The notes beneath the pieces are model-generated. The model was not told the DNA's origin. It made no database searches and saw only the letters and a program-made list of their open reading frames with translations. A DNA stretch of 64,000 nt from NCBI GenBank assembly GCA_963675595.2, contig CAXXLZ010000003.1, positions 1-64,000 of the forward strand. The letters run 5' to 3'. Origin of the DNA: Thermodesulfobacteriota bacterium. GTDB taxonomy: Bacteria; Desulfobacterota; Desulfarculia; JACQYL01. Made by a program: the position numbers and the translations under genes. How positions within the stretch are numbered: the first letter of the stretch is position 1; each line of letters starts with the position of its first letter. Shown one piece after another: positions 1-11,090 of the stretch.

Positions 1-1694
1 CCATAATCAGGAAAAAGGCATGCTCGGATCCGTCGCGGTGGCCTAAGTCGATGCCGTCCCGGCTACGGACCGCCACCATTTGGAAAACACCGTTTCGGTT
101 CACCAAAAGGTCGCTCACCCCCCACGCCCGGCAACATGACCGACGAACCGTGTTCCTCTTTTTGGTGCAGCTCTTTCAGACAGGCCTCTTCGTCCATGTC
201 CAGCATTTGATGCGCAGCGTCGGCCAAAAGGCCGAATAGTTTTTCCCGATCCACTGGACCCTCTATGTCTAAGACGACAGCTTTTTCCACCACATCATCA
301 AATTGGTCGTGACATAGTTCGTCGCGCTCTTTTACGATCTGTTTCAGCTCGCTCTCGAGGATTCCTTTAACCAGTTCTTTGTCCAGCACCCTTTCCACGA
401 GATGGATGAGGGCGTATTCCCGCTCACTTCTGACTCGACCATAGAGCCAATAAAACACGAGACCGCAGGAGACAAGGAGCAGGCTGGTCAAGAGCGCCTG
501 CCATCCCATCTCTAACAGCAGGACTATAAACCCGACTATCCCCACGATCTGAAGCCATGGGTAAAGAGGCGCAAGGAACTTGGGGCGGTAGTTTAAAAGG
601 CGACTCTCGCGCAAGATGATCACGCAGACATTGGCGAGCAGGTTGGCCAGGATCAGAACAGTGGATGCAGCCTTGACCAGTCCCTCGAGGCCCAGAAACA
701 GGCTGGCCCCTATGAATCCACCGGTTATGAGAATCGCAATATAAGGAATGGAAGAGCGCCGGCTCAGACGCCCGAAGAAGCCGGGCAGCAATTCGTCGCG
801 ACTCAATGCCAAGAGATACCGAGAGGCCGACATCACTCCTGAGTTGGCGGTGGAAACAAAAGCCAGCGTGGCCGCGATACTCATGATCAGATGCCCCGGT
901 TTTCCCCAGAAAGTCCGGGCTCCGTCGGACATAGGTGTCAGCGAATTATCCAGGATTTCCGGCCCCAATACTCCTGAGGTCACGAACACCATGGCCAGGT
1001 AAAAGACCATGACCACGGTCAAGGACAGGATCATGCCCAGGTGGATGTTTCGACCGGGGTCTTTGACTTCTTCCGCCACTGAGGCCACGTTGAGCAGACC
1101 ACCGTAGGAGACGAAAACCAAACCCGAGGTGGCTAGAACGGCGTCCCACCCTTGGGGAGCGAAGGGCGAAAAAGCGTCAACGCTCACCCGATCCGCTCCC
1201 CACAGCACATAGAGAGCCATGAGGGCTAATAATACGGATACGAGTGCGATCTGAAACAGGGTTGCTTTTCTTGATCCTGCGAGGTTGAGGAGGACAAACA
1301 CGACCAGGCAAATGAGGGCTATGATCAAGGGATCGATGGGCACAATGAGGCGTGAAAACGTTCCCATTCCGATGAGAGCGAAAGACCCCTTAAGTGCGAG
1401 TGAAAACCAGCTCAGCAGGCCGGCGACGGTGCCTGCGGCCGGACCCAAAGTGCGCGTGATATAAAAATAGTCGCCCCCGGCTTTAGGCATGGCGGTTATG
1501 ATCTCCGACACACTGAGCATGCCTGTGGCGGCCAATAATCCTGCCAGAAAATAGGAGAAAACCACGGCAGGTCCAGCCAAGGCATGGGCAAGACCGGGGA
1601 GGACAAATAGTCCGGAGCTGATCATTGCTCCGGAGGCGAGACAAAAAACGCCTCCCAATCCGATCTTTCTCCCTATTTCACGCCCTGTTTGCAC
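1..1694 (-). CDS. APC-family amino acid permease fused to a C-terminal PTS EIIA-like domain; frameshift in a G6 run near 118-123; runs off the window
   Basis: Many TM segments with a GAMISSGLFVLPG motif. After ...SSVMLPGVG another frame reads VSDLLVNRNGVFQMVAVRSRDGIDLGHRDGSEHAFFLIM, which resembles the rest of an EIIA domain. Confidence 0.8.
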
Positions 1695-1949
1695 TTCGCC
1701 AATTTTCTCGCTTGAAGGTATGAGAAGAGTAAAAGGATGGTAAGCTTGACCTCACTGGGCAAAGATGCCACAGATTTTCAAATTAAATCAGAGATATAAA
1801 ATAATTCGTTATTGCTTGGCTGTCAACGGTGTGAGTATGGGGACGTTGTTGATTAACGTGACAAAACATGCGGAAACTCCAGCATAAAAGAGGGCATCGT
1901 GTTGAAATGATGCGTTTCTTGGTTTCATCGTCTATGAGATAGAAAACTC

Positions 1950-2050
1950 ATGCCGCGAAAAACACCCGTTGATGCGCCGTGAGCGTTGCATCACATCATC
2001 TGCCGGGGGATCGAGCTGCGCAACATCTTCCGTGACCATGCCGATCTAAA
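1950..2050 (+). pseudogene. Remnant of an IS200/RAYT-like Y1 (HUH) transposase N-terminus
   Basis: Translates MPRKTPVDAP*ALHHIICRGIELRNIFRDHAD, resembling the MPRxARIDAPGALHHIIxRGIERRxIFRDDxDR start of these transposases. It has an in-frame stop and no recognisable continuation. Confidence 0.7.
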
Positions 2051-2175
2051 AGGGCGATGGACGGTCGGCCGGGCCGGCGTCGGAGGCGGACGGATTGCTT
2101 CGAAGAAGGGATTGTCCGTTGAAGAATAGAAACGCAGAAGATCACCCCCGTCCCCTTTTCCAGAAAAAGCTCCGT

Positions 2176-2214
2176 TTGACATAATACGAACGGCGTAATA
2201 CGCTACACGTATGA
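2176..2214 (+). promoter_or_regulatory. Sigma70 promoter of higBA with two overlapping operator-like palindromes; probably a leaderless transcript
   Basis: TTGACA (2176-2181), 17-bp spacer, TACGCT (2199-2204), ATG at 2211. TAATACG-N5-CGTA occurs twice. No SD. Confidence 0.65.
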
Positions 2215-2489
2215 TCAAATCGTTCGCCTGCCGGGATACGGAGAAAATCTTTAATGACGGACGAGTTCGACGTTTTCAGTCATTCGAGCGGCGGGCGAGA
2301 AAGCGTTTGATGGTCCTCCACGCCGCCCCGAGCTTAAATGCTTTGATGTTAAATCCGGGAAATATGTTTCACGCTCTTGGAGGCAAAAGGGAAGGACAAT
2401 ACGCGATCAGTATCAACGAACAATGGCGAATCCGCTTTGAACGGCATGACGGGAACGCATTCAATGTCGAAATCGTCGATTACCATTGA
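2211..2489 (+). CDS. higB: HigB (RelE/ParE superfamily) toxin
   Basis: 92 aa with MIKSF...LGGKREGQYAISINEQWRI...VEIVDYH signature; toxin-first order. Confidence 0.92.
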   Translation: MIKSFACRDTEKIFNDGRVRRFQSFERRARKRLMVLHAAPSLNALMLNPGNMFHALGGKREGQYAISINEQWRIRFERHDGNAFNVEIVDYH

Positions 2490-2498
2490 GGTGCAAAA

Positions 2499-2831
2499 AT
2501 GAGCGGCAACGATCTTCTTGATCCTATTACGCCGGGCGAGATCTTACGAGAAGATTTCATGGAGCCCATGGGTATCAGCATAAACCGGCTATCGCGGGAC
2601 ATTGCCGTGCCGCCGAATAGAATAAGCGAAATTGTGAACGGCAAACGGGGCCTGTCGGCCGACACAGCGCTTCGACTGGAGCGCTATTTTGGGGTTGAGG
2701 CCCAGTTCTGGATGAATCTGCAATCTGAATACGACCTGCGGATCATGAAGCGTAAGATCGGACATGACATTGAACGACGCATTATCCCCGTTAAGAAAGC
2801 GGCGCCTCAACAGGACACCGCCGAGGCATAA
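2499..2831 (+). CDS. higA: HigA antitoxin (HTH XRE)
   Basis: PGEILREDFMEP...NRISEIVNGKR..SADTALRL.RYFG...FWMNLQSEYDL. Confidence 0.93.
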   Translation: MSGNDLLDPITPGEILREDFMEPMGISINRLSRDIAVPPNRISEIVNGKRGLSADTALRLERYFGVEAQFWMNLQSEYDLRIMKRKIGHDIERRIIPVKKAAPQQDTAEA

Positions 2832-4863
2832 GAATCAACTGAGCGACAGAGACTCCGATGTCTTTGGGCCACTTCTTGCTTAACTCTTCGATGACCTCAA
2901 CCGGATACGCCGCTTCCAAGGATATGCTGATTCGTTAAGCTACCGAAACGGGCCTTGATATGAAATCAGCCCTGCTATTAACATCAAATAATGTTCATAC
3001 AATAAATATCATTCCAACTCATTATGAGGAGGGTGCAATAAATTAACTTCCTTTTTTAACAGATATCCGTAAAATCGTAAAGACGCTCAAAGAAGACGAA
3101 GTTTCACTTTAACAATTTGCGATCCCCTCAATAATTACTTATACGCCAAGCTAATATAACAGGAATGGGCCAATTTAGGCCTCGTCTTATTCTCTTAACC
3201 CGACAATTATGAAATCAAAATGACGTTAGCGATCACACCAAGTATAATAGAATATAGAAACAAGCAATCTTGGTTACTGTGTCTTGGTCAATTTCGAGTT
3301 CGGTTGCATAAGCGAATTGGAGGATGGCTATGAAAATTGGTTTGAAAACCGTATCAGGACGGCTTGTATTGCTGTGCTTCGTCTACGCGGTGCCTTTTAC
3401 GGCGCTTGTACTTTTCGTTCTTATCCAAGGGGTCAACTCCTACATTAACTTCGCTGAACAGGAACTCAGGGGAAATGAGTATCAGAAGCCTCTTGAGGCT
3501 TTGCTGGAAAAGGTTTCCGAGCATAATATACTGACTCAGCGGTCGTTCAACGACAGTTCCGCCGCGTCTTCGGCCCGTACACTAAGAGATGATATTGATG
3601 CGACACTGATCCGGCTTCAGAATGTACAGGATAAAATAGGCGAGGTATTGGAATTTACCGATGAAGGACTGGGTAAACGTGACCGTGGTCACCTTAAAGT
3701 GCCCCTGATGAAAAAACGCTGGAACGAGCTCAAAAGTACGGATTCTTCCGACAAGAAAACCCTGGCAAAGAAACACAGTGAATACATTGCCGATATCAGG
3801 AATATGATAGCTCATGCCGGGGACACCTCAAATCTGATACTTGACCCTGACCTTGACAGCTACTACTTGATGGACATGACACTGCTGGCACTGCCGCAGA
3901 CACAAGACAGACTGGCTGAAATCCTGGCATTCGGTGAAAATATTCTTCGGAAGGAAAAGATAGACGATCCTGAAAAATTGCAGATGATTGTCTACGCCGC
4001 CATGCTTCAGCAGGCCGATTTTGACCGTGTTGCGGCAAGTGCTAAAACAGCGTTAAATGAAGACCAGAATTTCTATACTGTGAGTGATTCACTGCAGAAT
4101 GATTTTCCGAAAGCGATGGAGGAATACAGCGGGGCACAGGAGAAATTCATTGACCTTATAAGAAGAATGGCGCTTGACGAAAAGCTCAGCGTCTCACTGA
4201 ATGATTTTCTATCAGTGGGGCGGAAGGCTTTCAATACGAGCTTTGACCTCTGGAATACCTCTGTCGCTGAGCTCGACAAGCTTCTCGAAATTAGAGTGAA
4301 TCATTACAGGGGACAGCGTTATCTGAGCATTTTCCTGACCCTGGCCATACTTGTCGGCAGTTCAGTCGTCGCGTATTTCGTTATAAGAAGCATAAAAAGG
4401 CCGATGGGAACGATCTCTTCCAATCTTGACACAATAGCCGAGGAAAGCTTCTTCTTGTCGGGACAGATGTCAAAAGCCGGCCGGACGCTCGCCGAGAGTA
4501 GCAGCGAACAGGCGGCAAGTCTCGAACAGATATCCGGCAGCATAGAAGAGATGTCCGCGATGACAAAACAGAACACGGATAACGCGGACAAGGCAAACAG
4601 CATGGTACGCGAGGCCGCCGACACTGCGCAGAAAGGTTCATCGGCAATGACGGAAATGAGCGAAGCTATAAACAGGATAAAGGATTCTTCGGACGAAACC
4701 GCCGAGATTATAAAGACTATTGACGAAATAGCGTTCCAGACAAATCTTCTGGCTCTTAACGCCTCTGTTGAAGCAGCGCGAGCTGGAGAAGCCGGAAAAG
4801 GTTTCGCCGTCGTGGCCGAGTGTCAAGCCCCCAGTTTTTGGTCCAGGAGTTATGAGAGTTTTA

Positions 4864-5770
4864 TCATGACTCGCGGTTTTCCATCCCCGGCCCTTGGGGC
4901 CTCGGCGAAGCCGAGCTGAGCGAGGCGGAGTCGAGGCCCCAAGGGCTCGCCGCGAACTGGGCCGGGGTCATGTAATTCAATGCACTGTGCGGTCTTTCCT
5001 CGTTATAGGCTTTCCGCCATTTGGCGGCCAGAGTCTGCGCTTCCTTGATGTTGTTGAAAATTTCCATGTTCAAGAATTCATCCCGAAAACGGCTGTTGAA
5101 ACTTTCCACGTACCCGTTCTGCCAAGGGGCTCCCGGCTCGACGAAAAGGGTTCCCACTCCCAGGTCTTTCAGCCAGTTTCTCACCTTTTGGGCTATAAAT
5201 TCGGGACCGTTATCCGATCGAATGCCCGTTGGAACTCCCCGCTCGCCCATCAATCGGCTCAGCTCGTTCAAAACGTCTTCACCCGTAATGGAGCGGTTGA
5301 TCCTCAGGGCCAGGTTTTCCCGAGTAAACTCGTCGACAATGGCCAAGCACTTGAACTGACGGCCGTCGACCAAGCGGTCATGAATGAAATCCAACGTCCA
5401 GACATCATTTGCAAAAGCCGCCTTACGCTTGTTGCACGCATTGGCATCAACTCCCAGGAAGCGTTTCTTCTTGGCTTTTCGAGGTACCTTGAATCCTTCC
5501 TCTTTCCAAAGTCTATGAATTCGCTTGTAGTTTACCGCCCACCCCGCATCACGCAGCAGCCGAGTGATCCTACGGCATCCAAAACGGGGATGTTCTCCAA
5601 CCAACCGGTGAAGAGCCTTGATCAGTTCCACCTCATCGTCCCGTTCCTTCGGCTCATAACGTTGGGTGGATCGGTGTTGACCGGCTACGCGGCAGGCCCG
5701 ACGCTCTGAAGCGGCATGTTCACTTCGAACATAATCAACCGCTTTCCTACGACGCGCCGGGCTTAGAAGT
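4864..5770 (-). CDS. IS3 transposase OrfB (rve/DDE), reached by -1 frameshift
   Basis: -1 frame [12 protein letters not shown]...SERRACR, then [34 protein letters not shown] motifs. Confidence 0.9.
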
Positions 5771-6044
5771 TTCCCTCCGCAAGATCCTTCAGCATTGCCT
5801 TGTCCAACATCAGATCGGCGACCAGCTTTTTTAAGCGTGCATTTTCCTTTTCCAGTTCTTTTAGCCGTTTGGCCTCCTCAGCCTTCATCCCCCCATACTG
5901 GTTTCGCCACCGGTGGTACGTCGCCTCGCTCACCTCCAGCGATTGGCAAACCTGCGCTATCGTCTGCCCTGCCGTCAGACGACGGTCCGCGTCTTCAAGT
6001 TTCCGGATGATTTGCTCCGCGCTGTGTCTCTTTCTCTTGGCCAT
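5763..6044 (-). CDS. IS3 transposase OrfA
   Basis: MAKRKRHSAEQIIRKL...TYHRWRNQYGGM...LKELEKENARLKKLVADL; ends at a GGGAAAC slippery site (5769-5775). Confidence 0.9.
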   Translation of the reverse strand: MAKRKRHSAEQIIRKLEDADRRLTAGQTIAQVCQSLEVSEATYHRWRNQYGGMKAEEAKRLKELEKENARLKKLVADLMLDKAMLKDLAEGNF

Positions 6045-6780
6045 GCAAAAAGTCTCCTTCCGTTCTTTGGGCATTCAGACTCTCATTATACATGGACCAA
6101 TTATCGGGGGGCATTCCACGAGGAAGTCAGGAATCTGGCGCAAAGGAGCGCAGAAGCCGCGAAAAACACTTCCGAACTGATTGAGAAGTCCAGGAAACAT
6201 GCTGAAAGCGGTGTCGAGATGGCGGGGCATGTAAGCGAGCTTCTGGAAAACATAGTATCCTCTGTTAACGAGATTACAGATATTGTGTCTGAAGTAAGCG
6301 GCGCAACCAAGGAGCAGGCAAGAGGAATAGAACAGGTAAACCAGGCCATATCACAGCTCGATTCGGTAACCCAAAATAACGCAGCCAATGCTGGGGAAAC
6401 AGCTTCAATCAGCCGGGAACTTGATGAACAGGCGGAACATCTGAGGCGCGAGGTAGGCAGTCTCATTTTGATGATAGAAGGGGAGCGGGAAAACGGAACA
6501 CTTCAAAAACGCAGAGGACACGCCGGCGCCGTTCCTCAGCAAAGAACCGGTAAGGCACGAGTTCATGAATTGTGTGATTCGTAGGCATCCTCTCAATGTT
6601 TGGGTGAAAAGAATGTCTGCAAGACACGCAGATTCCGACAAATTTGATGAGTTCACTGGAGGAGGGCTTTGAGCGGCTACCCGGCACGTCTCTTTTATGG
6701 AGGTGAGATTTAGGGAAGAAGAGAGGGACGTAGTGAGGCTCGATGTGGTGAAGGAAGGTCGAGTTGCCGAACCCTTTGCC

Positions 6781-6931
6781 AACCTTGTTGAAAAAAGGGT
6801 GCCCTCGGGCTCCTTCCGAAAAACTTCAAGTATTTTACTACATTGTACGGAACAAGCCGCTCGTTTTGCGGATCGCGTACGCGATGCGCAAAAGCGCAAG
6901 GGGGTGCAGGGGGACGGTGTCCCCCTGCCGC
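6781..6931 (+). repeat. Partial copy (A) of the modular intergenic hairpin repeat
   Basis: About 90 bp similar to 9336-9430 (TGAAAAAAGG..CCCTCGGGCTCCTTCC.AAAAAC), followed by a GCAGGGGGAC/GTCCCCCTGC hairpin. Confidence 0.6.
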
Positions 6932-6973
6932 ACACCCCGTGACCGATCACCACTTGTGTTGTGCTGTGGGAGT

Positions 6974-9034
6974 CTAATCGCACACGCGTCCGGCGCATCC
7001 GCCCGGGCCGTAGAAGAAACGGGAATCGGACCATTCGCCGGTGGAGCCGTCGGTGAAGTTCACCTGAACCCGCCAATAGAAGGGCCCCCCGCTGGCCGCG
7101 CCGATGGTCAGATAAGTCTCCTCGCGCGTTCGGCTGATCCAGATTTGCGTGAGAGCCGAATCGCCGTATACCTGCACTTTGTAGGACTGTGCCCCGGTCA
7201 CCGCCGTCCACTTCAGATCGAAGCTGCCGCAGAGGGTTTCATCGTCTTCAGGAGAAACCAGTTGAACGGTTTCGGTGGGGTTTTCCGGGGGATCGTCCCC
7301 TTCCACCGAAAATTTCCACGTCGACGACCACGGGCCGGTTTCCGTTGCGGATCGAGCCTGCACCCGCCAGTAGATATCCCCGCTCAAGTCCAAGGTGAGG
7401 CTGTAAGCCCTCAGCATGCAATATTCGTCCAGGATAACCTGAGAACAGGAAGCGTCCTCGCACACCTCGAGCTGATATCCTCCCGCACCCGATACCGCGA
7501 TCCACTGGAGCGCCACGGGCAGCTCCACGGCGGCATCGGGTTCCGGGTACACCAGGGTAGGCGCCGGAAGTTCCGTTTCCGCTTCCTCCGTCACGGCGAC
7601 GTAGCCTTGTCTCAACAGGGTGTCGCTTCCCGCGTCGTTGGAAACCGTGAGTCCCACCGAATAGGTCCCGGGATCGGTGTAGGTATGAGGCGGGTGCTGC
7701 AGGGTGCTCTGGGTTTGTTGGGCATCCGTGGTGTCGCCGAAATTCCAATTCCAGGTTTCCGGATCGCCCGTGGAGGCATCCTGGAACTGAACGGTGAGGG
7801 GGGCGAAGCCCGAGACGGAGCCCGCGGCGCTGAAATCCGCCTGAGGAAGAACGGGGACGATCGCCTGGAAATCCTGATCGGTCAGTTTGGAGGTCACGTC
7901 GGCAAAGGACAGGGAAGAGGGCTCGAAAAGGCACCCGGAAGCCGAGGGCGTTATGGTGCCGCTCCAGCCGGAGGGAACCAGCACGCTGTAACACTCGTCG
8001 TCGTCCGTTTCCACGGTTTCCAGGCCCGAGCAGTCGAGGCTCACCGCGCAACCGACGGCGTCTCCGGTAATGCAGCCCGAAATCTCGAAGGATTGAGGCG
8101 CGGTAACCTGGATCAGCCGCTCACGAAAGGTCAAGGTGCTGCGGACGAGTCCCGTGGCTCCGAGCATGCTCACCGAGTACACGCCGGGCTCGGTGTAATC
8201 GTGGATGGGATTCCTTTCGGTGCTCGTATTTCCATCGCCGAAGTCCCAAATAACGCCGTCGTAGTTGTAGGACGAAACATCGGTGAATTGAACCTGCAAA
8301 GGCGCCGCGCCCTGTAACGGGGATGCCTGAAAGTCCACGTCCAGGGTTTCGGGTTGGAACAGCTTGAGCATCGAGTAGGTGCGGCTTTCTTCTTCCGAAG
8401 CCTCGTCGGCGCTCAGGAGGGAGGACACGACCGCCCGGGCCGCGTCCGCGTCGGTGAAGGTCCAGGTCAAGAATTCCGAGGGAAGGCCCATGGAGGTCGC
8501 CTGGAACGTCATTCCGGACGTGTTGCCCAAGAAGACGCCGAATGAGCCTCCGTCGTACGTGTAAACGATCAGGGTGGCTCCGGTGTCGTAATCCTGCACG
8601 TATGCGGAGAAGCTCCCGGTGGGGTCTTTCCATATCCCCGAATGAGCCGTTCGGATCGCCTCGAACCGGCGGTGGATGCCGATGGTCAGAGGAGCAGCGT
8701 CAAGTTCGGTATTGTCCGTGATGACCGCGGTGCCCTGATCTTCGGACTGAAACGTCAGGGAGAGCCTTTTTCGGTGCTCGAGATCAATGGAGTCCGACTC
8801 GAAGCCGTCTTCCGTCATGGATGCGTGAAAGGCGTAAACCGTGGCCGGATCCGTAGTGTACAGTATGAGGGCGGAGCCGCCGGCATACTGCTGGATGAAG
8901 AAATTATGGGTGGACGACGTGGAATCGTCCTTCCAGATGCCCTGCACTTGGGCGAAGACCGATCCGCAAAAGGCGATCGTTCCGAAAACGACGATCAGGA
9001 CATACGAAAGGAGAATGAGCATCCTTTTTTTCAT
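6974..9034 (-). CDS. Secreted multidomain protein: two GxWK beta modules, two PKD domains, C-terminal FN3/Ig-like repeats
   Basis: Signal peptide; PKD motifs WDFGDG..STERNPIHDYTEPGVYSV and WNFGD...PPHTYTDPGTYSVGLTVSN; YWRVQ...GPWS repeats. Confidence 0.8.
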   Translation of the reverse strand: MKKRMLILLSYVLIVVFGTIAFCGSVFAQVQGIWKDDSTSSTHNFFIQQYAGGSALILYTTDPATVYAFHASMTEDGFESDSIDLEHRKRLSLTFQSEDQGTAVITDNTELDAAPLTIGIHRRFEAIRTAHSGIWKDPTGSFSAYVQDYDTGATLIVYTYDGGSFGVFLGNTSGMTFQATSMGLPSEFLTWTFTDADAARAVVSSLLSADEASEEESRTYSMLKLFQPETLDVDFQASPLQGAAPLQVQFTDVSSYNYDGVIWDFGDGNTSTERNPIHDYTEPGVYSVSMLGATGLVRSTLTFRERLIQVTAPQSFEISGCITGDAVGCAVSLDCSGLETVETDDDECYSVLVPSGWSGTITPSASGCLFEPSSLSFADVTSKLTDQDFQAIVPVLPQADFSAAGSVSGFAPLTVQFQDASTGDPETWNWNFGDTTDAQQTQSTLQHPPHTYTDPGTYSVGLTVSNDAGSDTLLRQGYVAVTEEAETELPAPTLVYPEPDAAVELPVALQWIAVSGAGGYQLEVCEDASCSQVILDEYCMLRAYSLTLDLSGDIYWRVQARSATETGPWSSTWKFSVEGDDPPENPTETVQLVSPEDDETLCGSFDLKWTAVTGAQSYKVQVYGDSALTQIWISRTREETYLTIGAASGGPFYWRVQVNFTDGSTGEWSDSRFFYGPGGCAGRVCD

Positions 9035-9327
9035 GGAACGATCCTACTTGTGGTCGTGATGGTCTTTCAGAAGTCGGTTCCGGACATAGTCCTTACCTCG
9101 GCGCCACATGGCGGACTCCGGACATTGTATGGGCCGATTCAACGTCTATGAGGTCATTATCGGAGTACCTTGTAAGTGACGGCACCAAATACCATGAAGT
9201 GAAGTAACCTGTCAAACATACCATGGATTTGAGATCGCATACGGCAATGATGCTGCCGTTTGGATCCACGAAGGCCGACGAGAAACCGCATCCATCGCTT
9301 CTGTTTCGTGATCATTCAGAGGGGTAT

Positions 9328-9564
9328 CCGAGGGAACCCTTTTTGAAAAAAGGATTCCCTCGGGCTCCTTCCTAAAAACATTAGGACTTTTAATATGTTG
9401 GACGGCACATGCTGCTAGTTTTTGCCGATTCAGCAGATGTAAAGAACGCTGGAAATCAGCGAGGAAGCCATTGCTTCCTCAGCCTCTCCGCCGGAGGCGG
9501 TGAGGCACTCTCAGAGTGCTTTGAAAGGGGGTTTGGGGGAGGACTTTCCCGAAAGTCCTCCCCC
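9328..9564 (+). repeat. Modular hairpin repeat / MITE-like element, copy B
   Basis: Terminal hairpins CCGAGGGAAccc/ggaTTCCCTCGG and GGGGGAGGACTTTC/GAAAGTCCTCCCCC; core AGCCTCTCCGCCGGAGGCGGTGAGGC at 9481-9506. Confidence 0.7.
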
Positions 9565-9827
9565 GAGAATGCTTACTCCGTTTCGTAACGGCTTAGGGGA
9601 ATCCCCTAGAGCGGCGTAGGCCGGTTCCGTGCTTCAGCTTTCAGTACAGGTAACAGCGCTTGTGAATACACTACCAACCGCATTGCCTCCAACATCCCGC
9701 CAACGATATCATTTTCGAGAAATGATCCTAAGAAATCATGATCAACGAAATGACGAATGGAGCCGAAAGAGGGCTCATTTTGTCTGAAATGAGCCGTATA
9801 TCGGCCAAATCGATTGGGAGGACAGGT

Positions 9828-10115
9828 ATGGATAAGTTGGAAGCGTATCGAGAGAAGATGGAAGCGGAGCTTAGAGAACTGGAAGGGAAAATACGGGTAA
9901 TGCGCGCCAAAGCTTCGAAGGCCGAGGCCGATGCGAAAGTGGGGCTTCAAGAGGAAGTGGATGGACTGGAAAGCAAGAAGGAGAAAGTCCGGCAAAGGAT
10001 GGAGGAGCTGAAGACCTCCGGTTCGTCGGCCTTCGAGGACCTCAAGTCCGGTGTCCAGGACGCTTACGGTGATTTGAAACGAAGCGTGGAAAGCGCCTTC
10101 GACAGATTCAAATGA
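9828..10115 (+). CDS. Small coiled-coil stress-type protein
   Basis: GGGAGG SD; MDKLEAYREKMEAELRELEGKI...SGSSAFEDLKSGV..A..DL; lies next to BON and DUF1328 genes. Confidence 0.7.
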   Translation: MDKLEAYREKMEAELRELEGKIRVMRAKASKAEADAKVGLQEEVDGLESKKEKVRQRMEELKTSGSSAFEDLKSGVQDAYGDLKRSVESAFDRFK

Positions 10116-10351
10116 TGCCGTGCGCACGAGTCGGACTTCAAACGTGACCCGGGGACAGGGGAGCGATGGAATGAATCCTCTGAGATTTTCCGCCTCCATC
10201 GAGACCTCCGGTGATGGTGATCCCGGTTGGCCGAACCGAGGGAGACGGGGCTTCCGGTCATGGACGGCCGGCGCCGGTGCGGCCGTGAAAGGAACCGGGA
10301 AAACGGACGTCGCATGATGCAGGGAACGCTTGGATATGAAGGAGAGAGCAC

Positions 10352-10717
10352 ATGAGACATTGGGGAAATCAGTGGTCGTGGACCTTGTTGGTCGGTTTGT
10401 TCGCCGTGGCGTCGCTTATTGCAGCGGGATGCGGGCCGGCGCTTCTGGCCGGCGGAGCGGCCGGCGGATACGCCGTGGGCAGCGATGAACGCCCTGTTGA
10501 AACACAGGTGGACGACGCGGGCATTACCGCCAAGATCAATCAGAAATACATCGAAGACCCGGATTTGAAGACCCTGAACATCGATGTGGACACCTATGAA
10601 GGTCGCGTCACGTTGACCGGGGTGGTCGCCAATGAGGAGCGGAGAAGCAAGGCCGGAGAGCTCGCCGCGGGTGTTGAAGGCGTCGTAAGTGTATCCAATC
10701 AGCTGCAAGTAAAATAG
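10352..10717 (+). CDS. BON-domain (OsmY-like) lipoprotein
   Basis: Lipobox AAGC; DDAGITAKI...[16 protein letters not shown]...[11 protein letters not shown]. Confidence 0.88.
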   Translation: MRHWGNQWSWTLLVGLFAVASLIAAGCGPALLAGGAAGGYAVGSDERPVETQVDDAGITAKINQKYIEDPDLKTLNIDVDTYEGRVTLTGVVANEERRSKAGELAAGVEGVVSVSNQLQVK

Positions 10718-10857
10718 GAAACGAACGATCGTGTTCGCCGGATCGCGATTCCCCGAGGGATGCGTTGCGGCGAATCGGGGAGTGGGGACGTTCGTTGGCG
10801 GACGTTTTCATCCGGCTCTTCCGACTGATTCATCCCAAGTGGGTAAGGAGCGACCCT

Positions 10858-11031
10858 ATGTTGAGTTGGGCTCTCACGTTTTTCATCATCGCGCTGGTGG
10901 CGGCCTTGTTCGGATTCGGCGGCATTGCCGTCGCGGCGGCCGGCATCGCCAAGATTCTGTTTTTCATCTTCTTGATTTTGTTTGTGATTTCTCTCATTGC
11001 CGGGCTCACGCGGCGCAGGAGGCGATTGTAA
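10858..11031 (+). CDS. DUF1328 (YtjA-like) small membrane protein
   Basis: [42 protein letters not shown]; TAAGGAG SD. Confidence 0.9.
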   Translation: MLSWALTFFIIALVAALFGFGGIAVAAAGIAKILFFIFLILFVISLIAGLTRRRRRL

Positions 11032-11090
11032 GTCCGGGATGCCGTTCGAACGTCGGGTCGCGGCTTACGAGCGGCGGCCCGCCGGCCGGT

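Larger units (their letters stand above)
4821..6118 (-). mobile_element. IS3-family (IS407-like) insertion sequence, 1298 bp
   Basis: TG...CA ends, imperfect IRs ending TTGGTCCA, 4-bp duplication CGAG (4817-4820 and 6119-6122), orfA and orfB. Confidence 0.93.
3324..6584 (+). pseudogene. Methyl-accepting chemotaxis protein interrupted by an IS3-family element
   Basis: Two TMs and a periplasmic domain, then [34 protein letters not shown] | EVRNLAQRSAEAAK resuming after the IS. Confidence 0.92.

Noticed and set aside
1980-1982. Selenocysteine readthrough at the in-frame TGA
   Set aside because: The position corresponds to Gly in a decayed transposase fragment, so a nonsense mutation is the simpler explanation.
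6764-8317. Long antisense ORFs (also 12519-14288, 17941-19428, 28660-30624, 38695-40107, 50670-52079, 59972-61387)
   Set aside because: Shadow frames opposite well-supported genes in GC-rich DNA, with no recognisable motifs.
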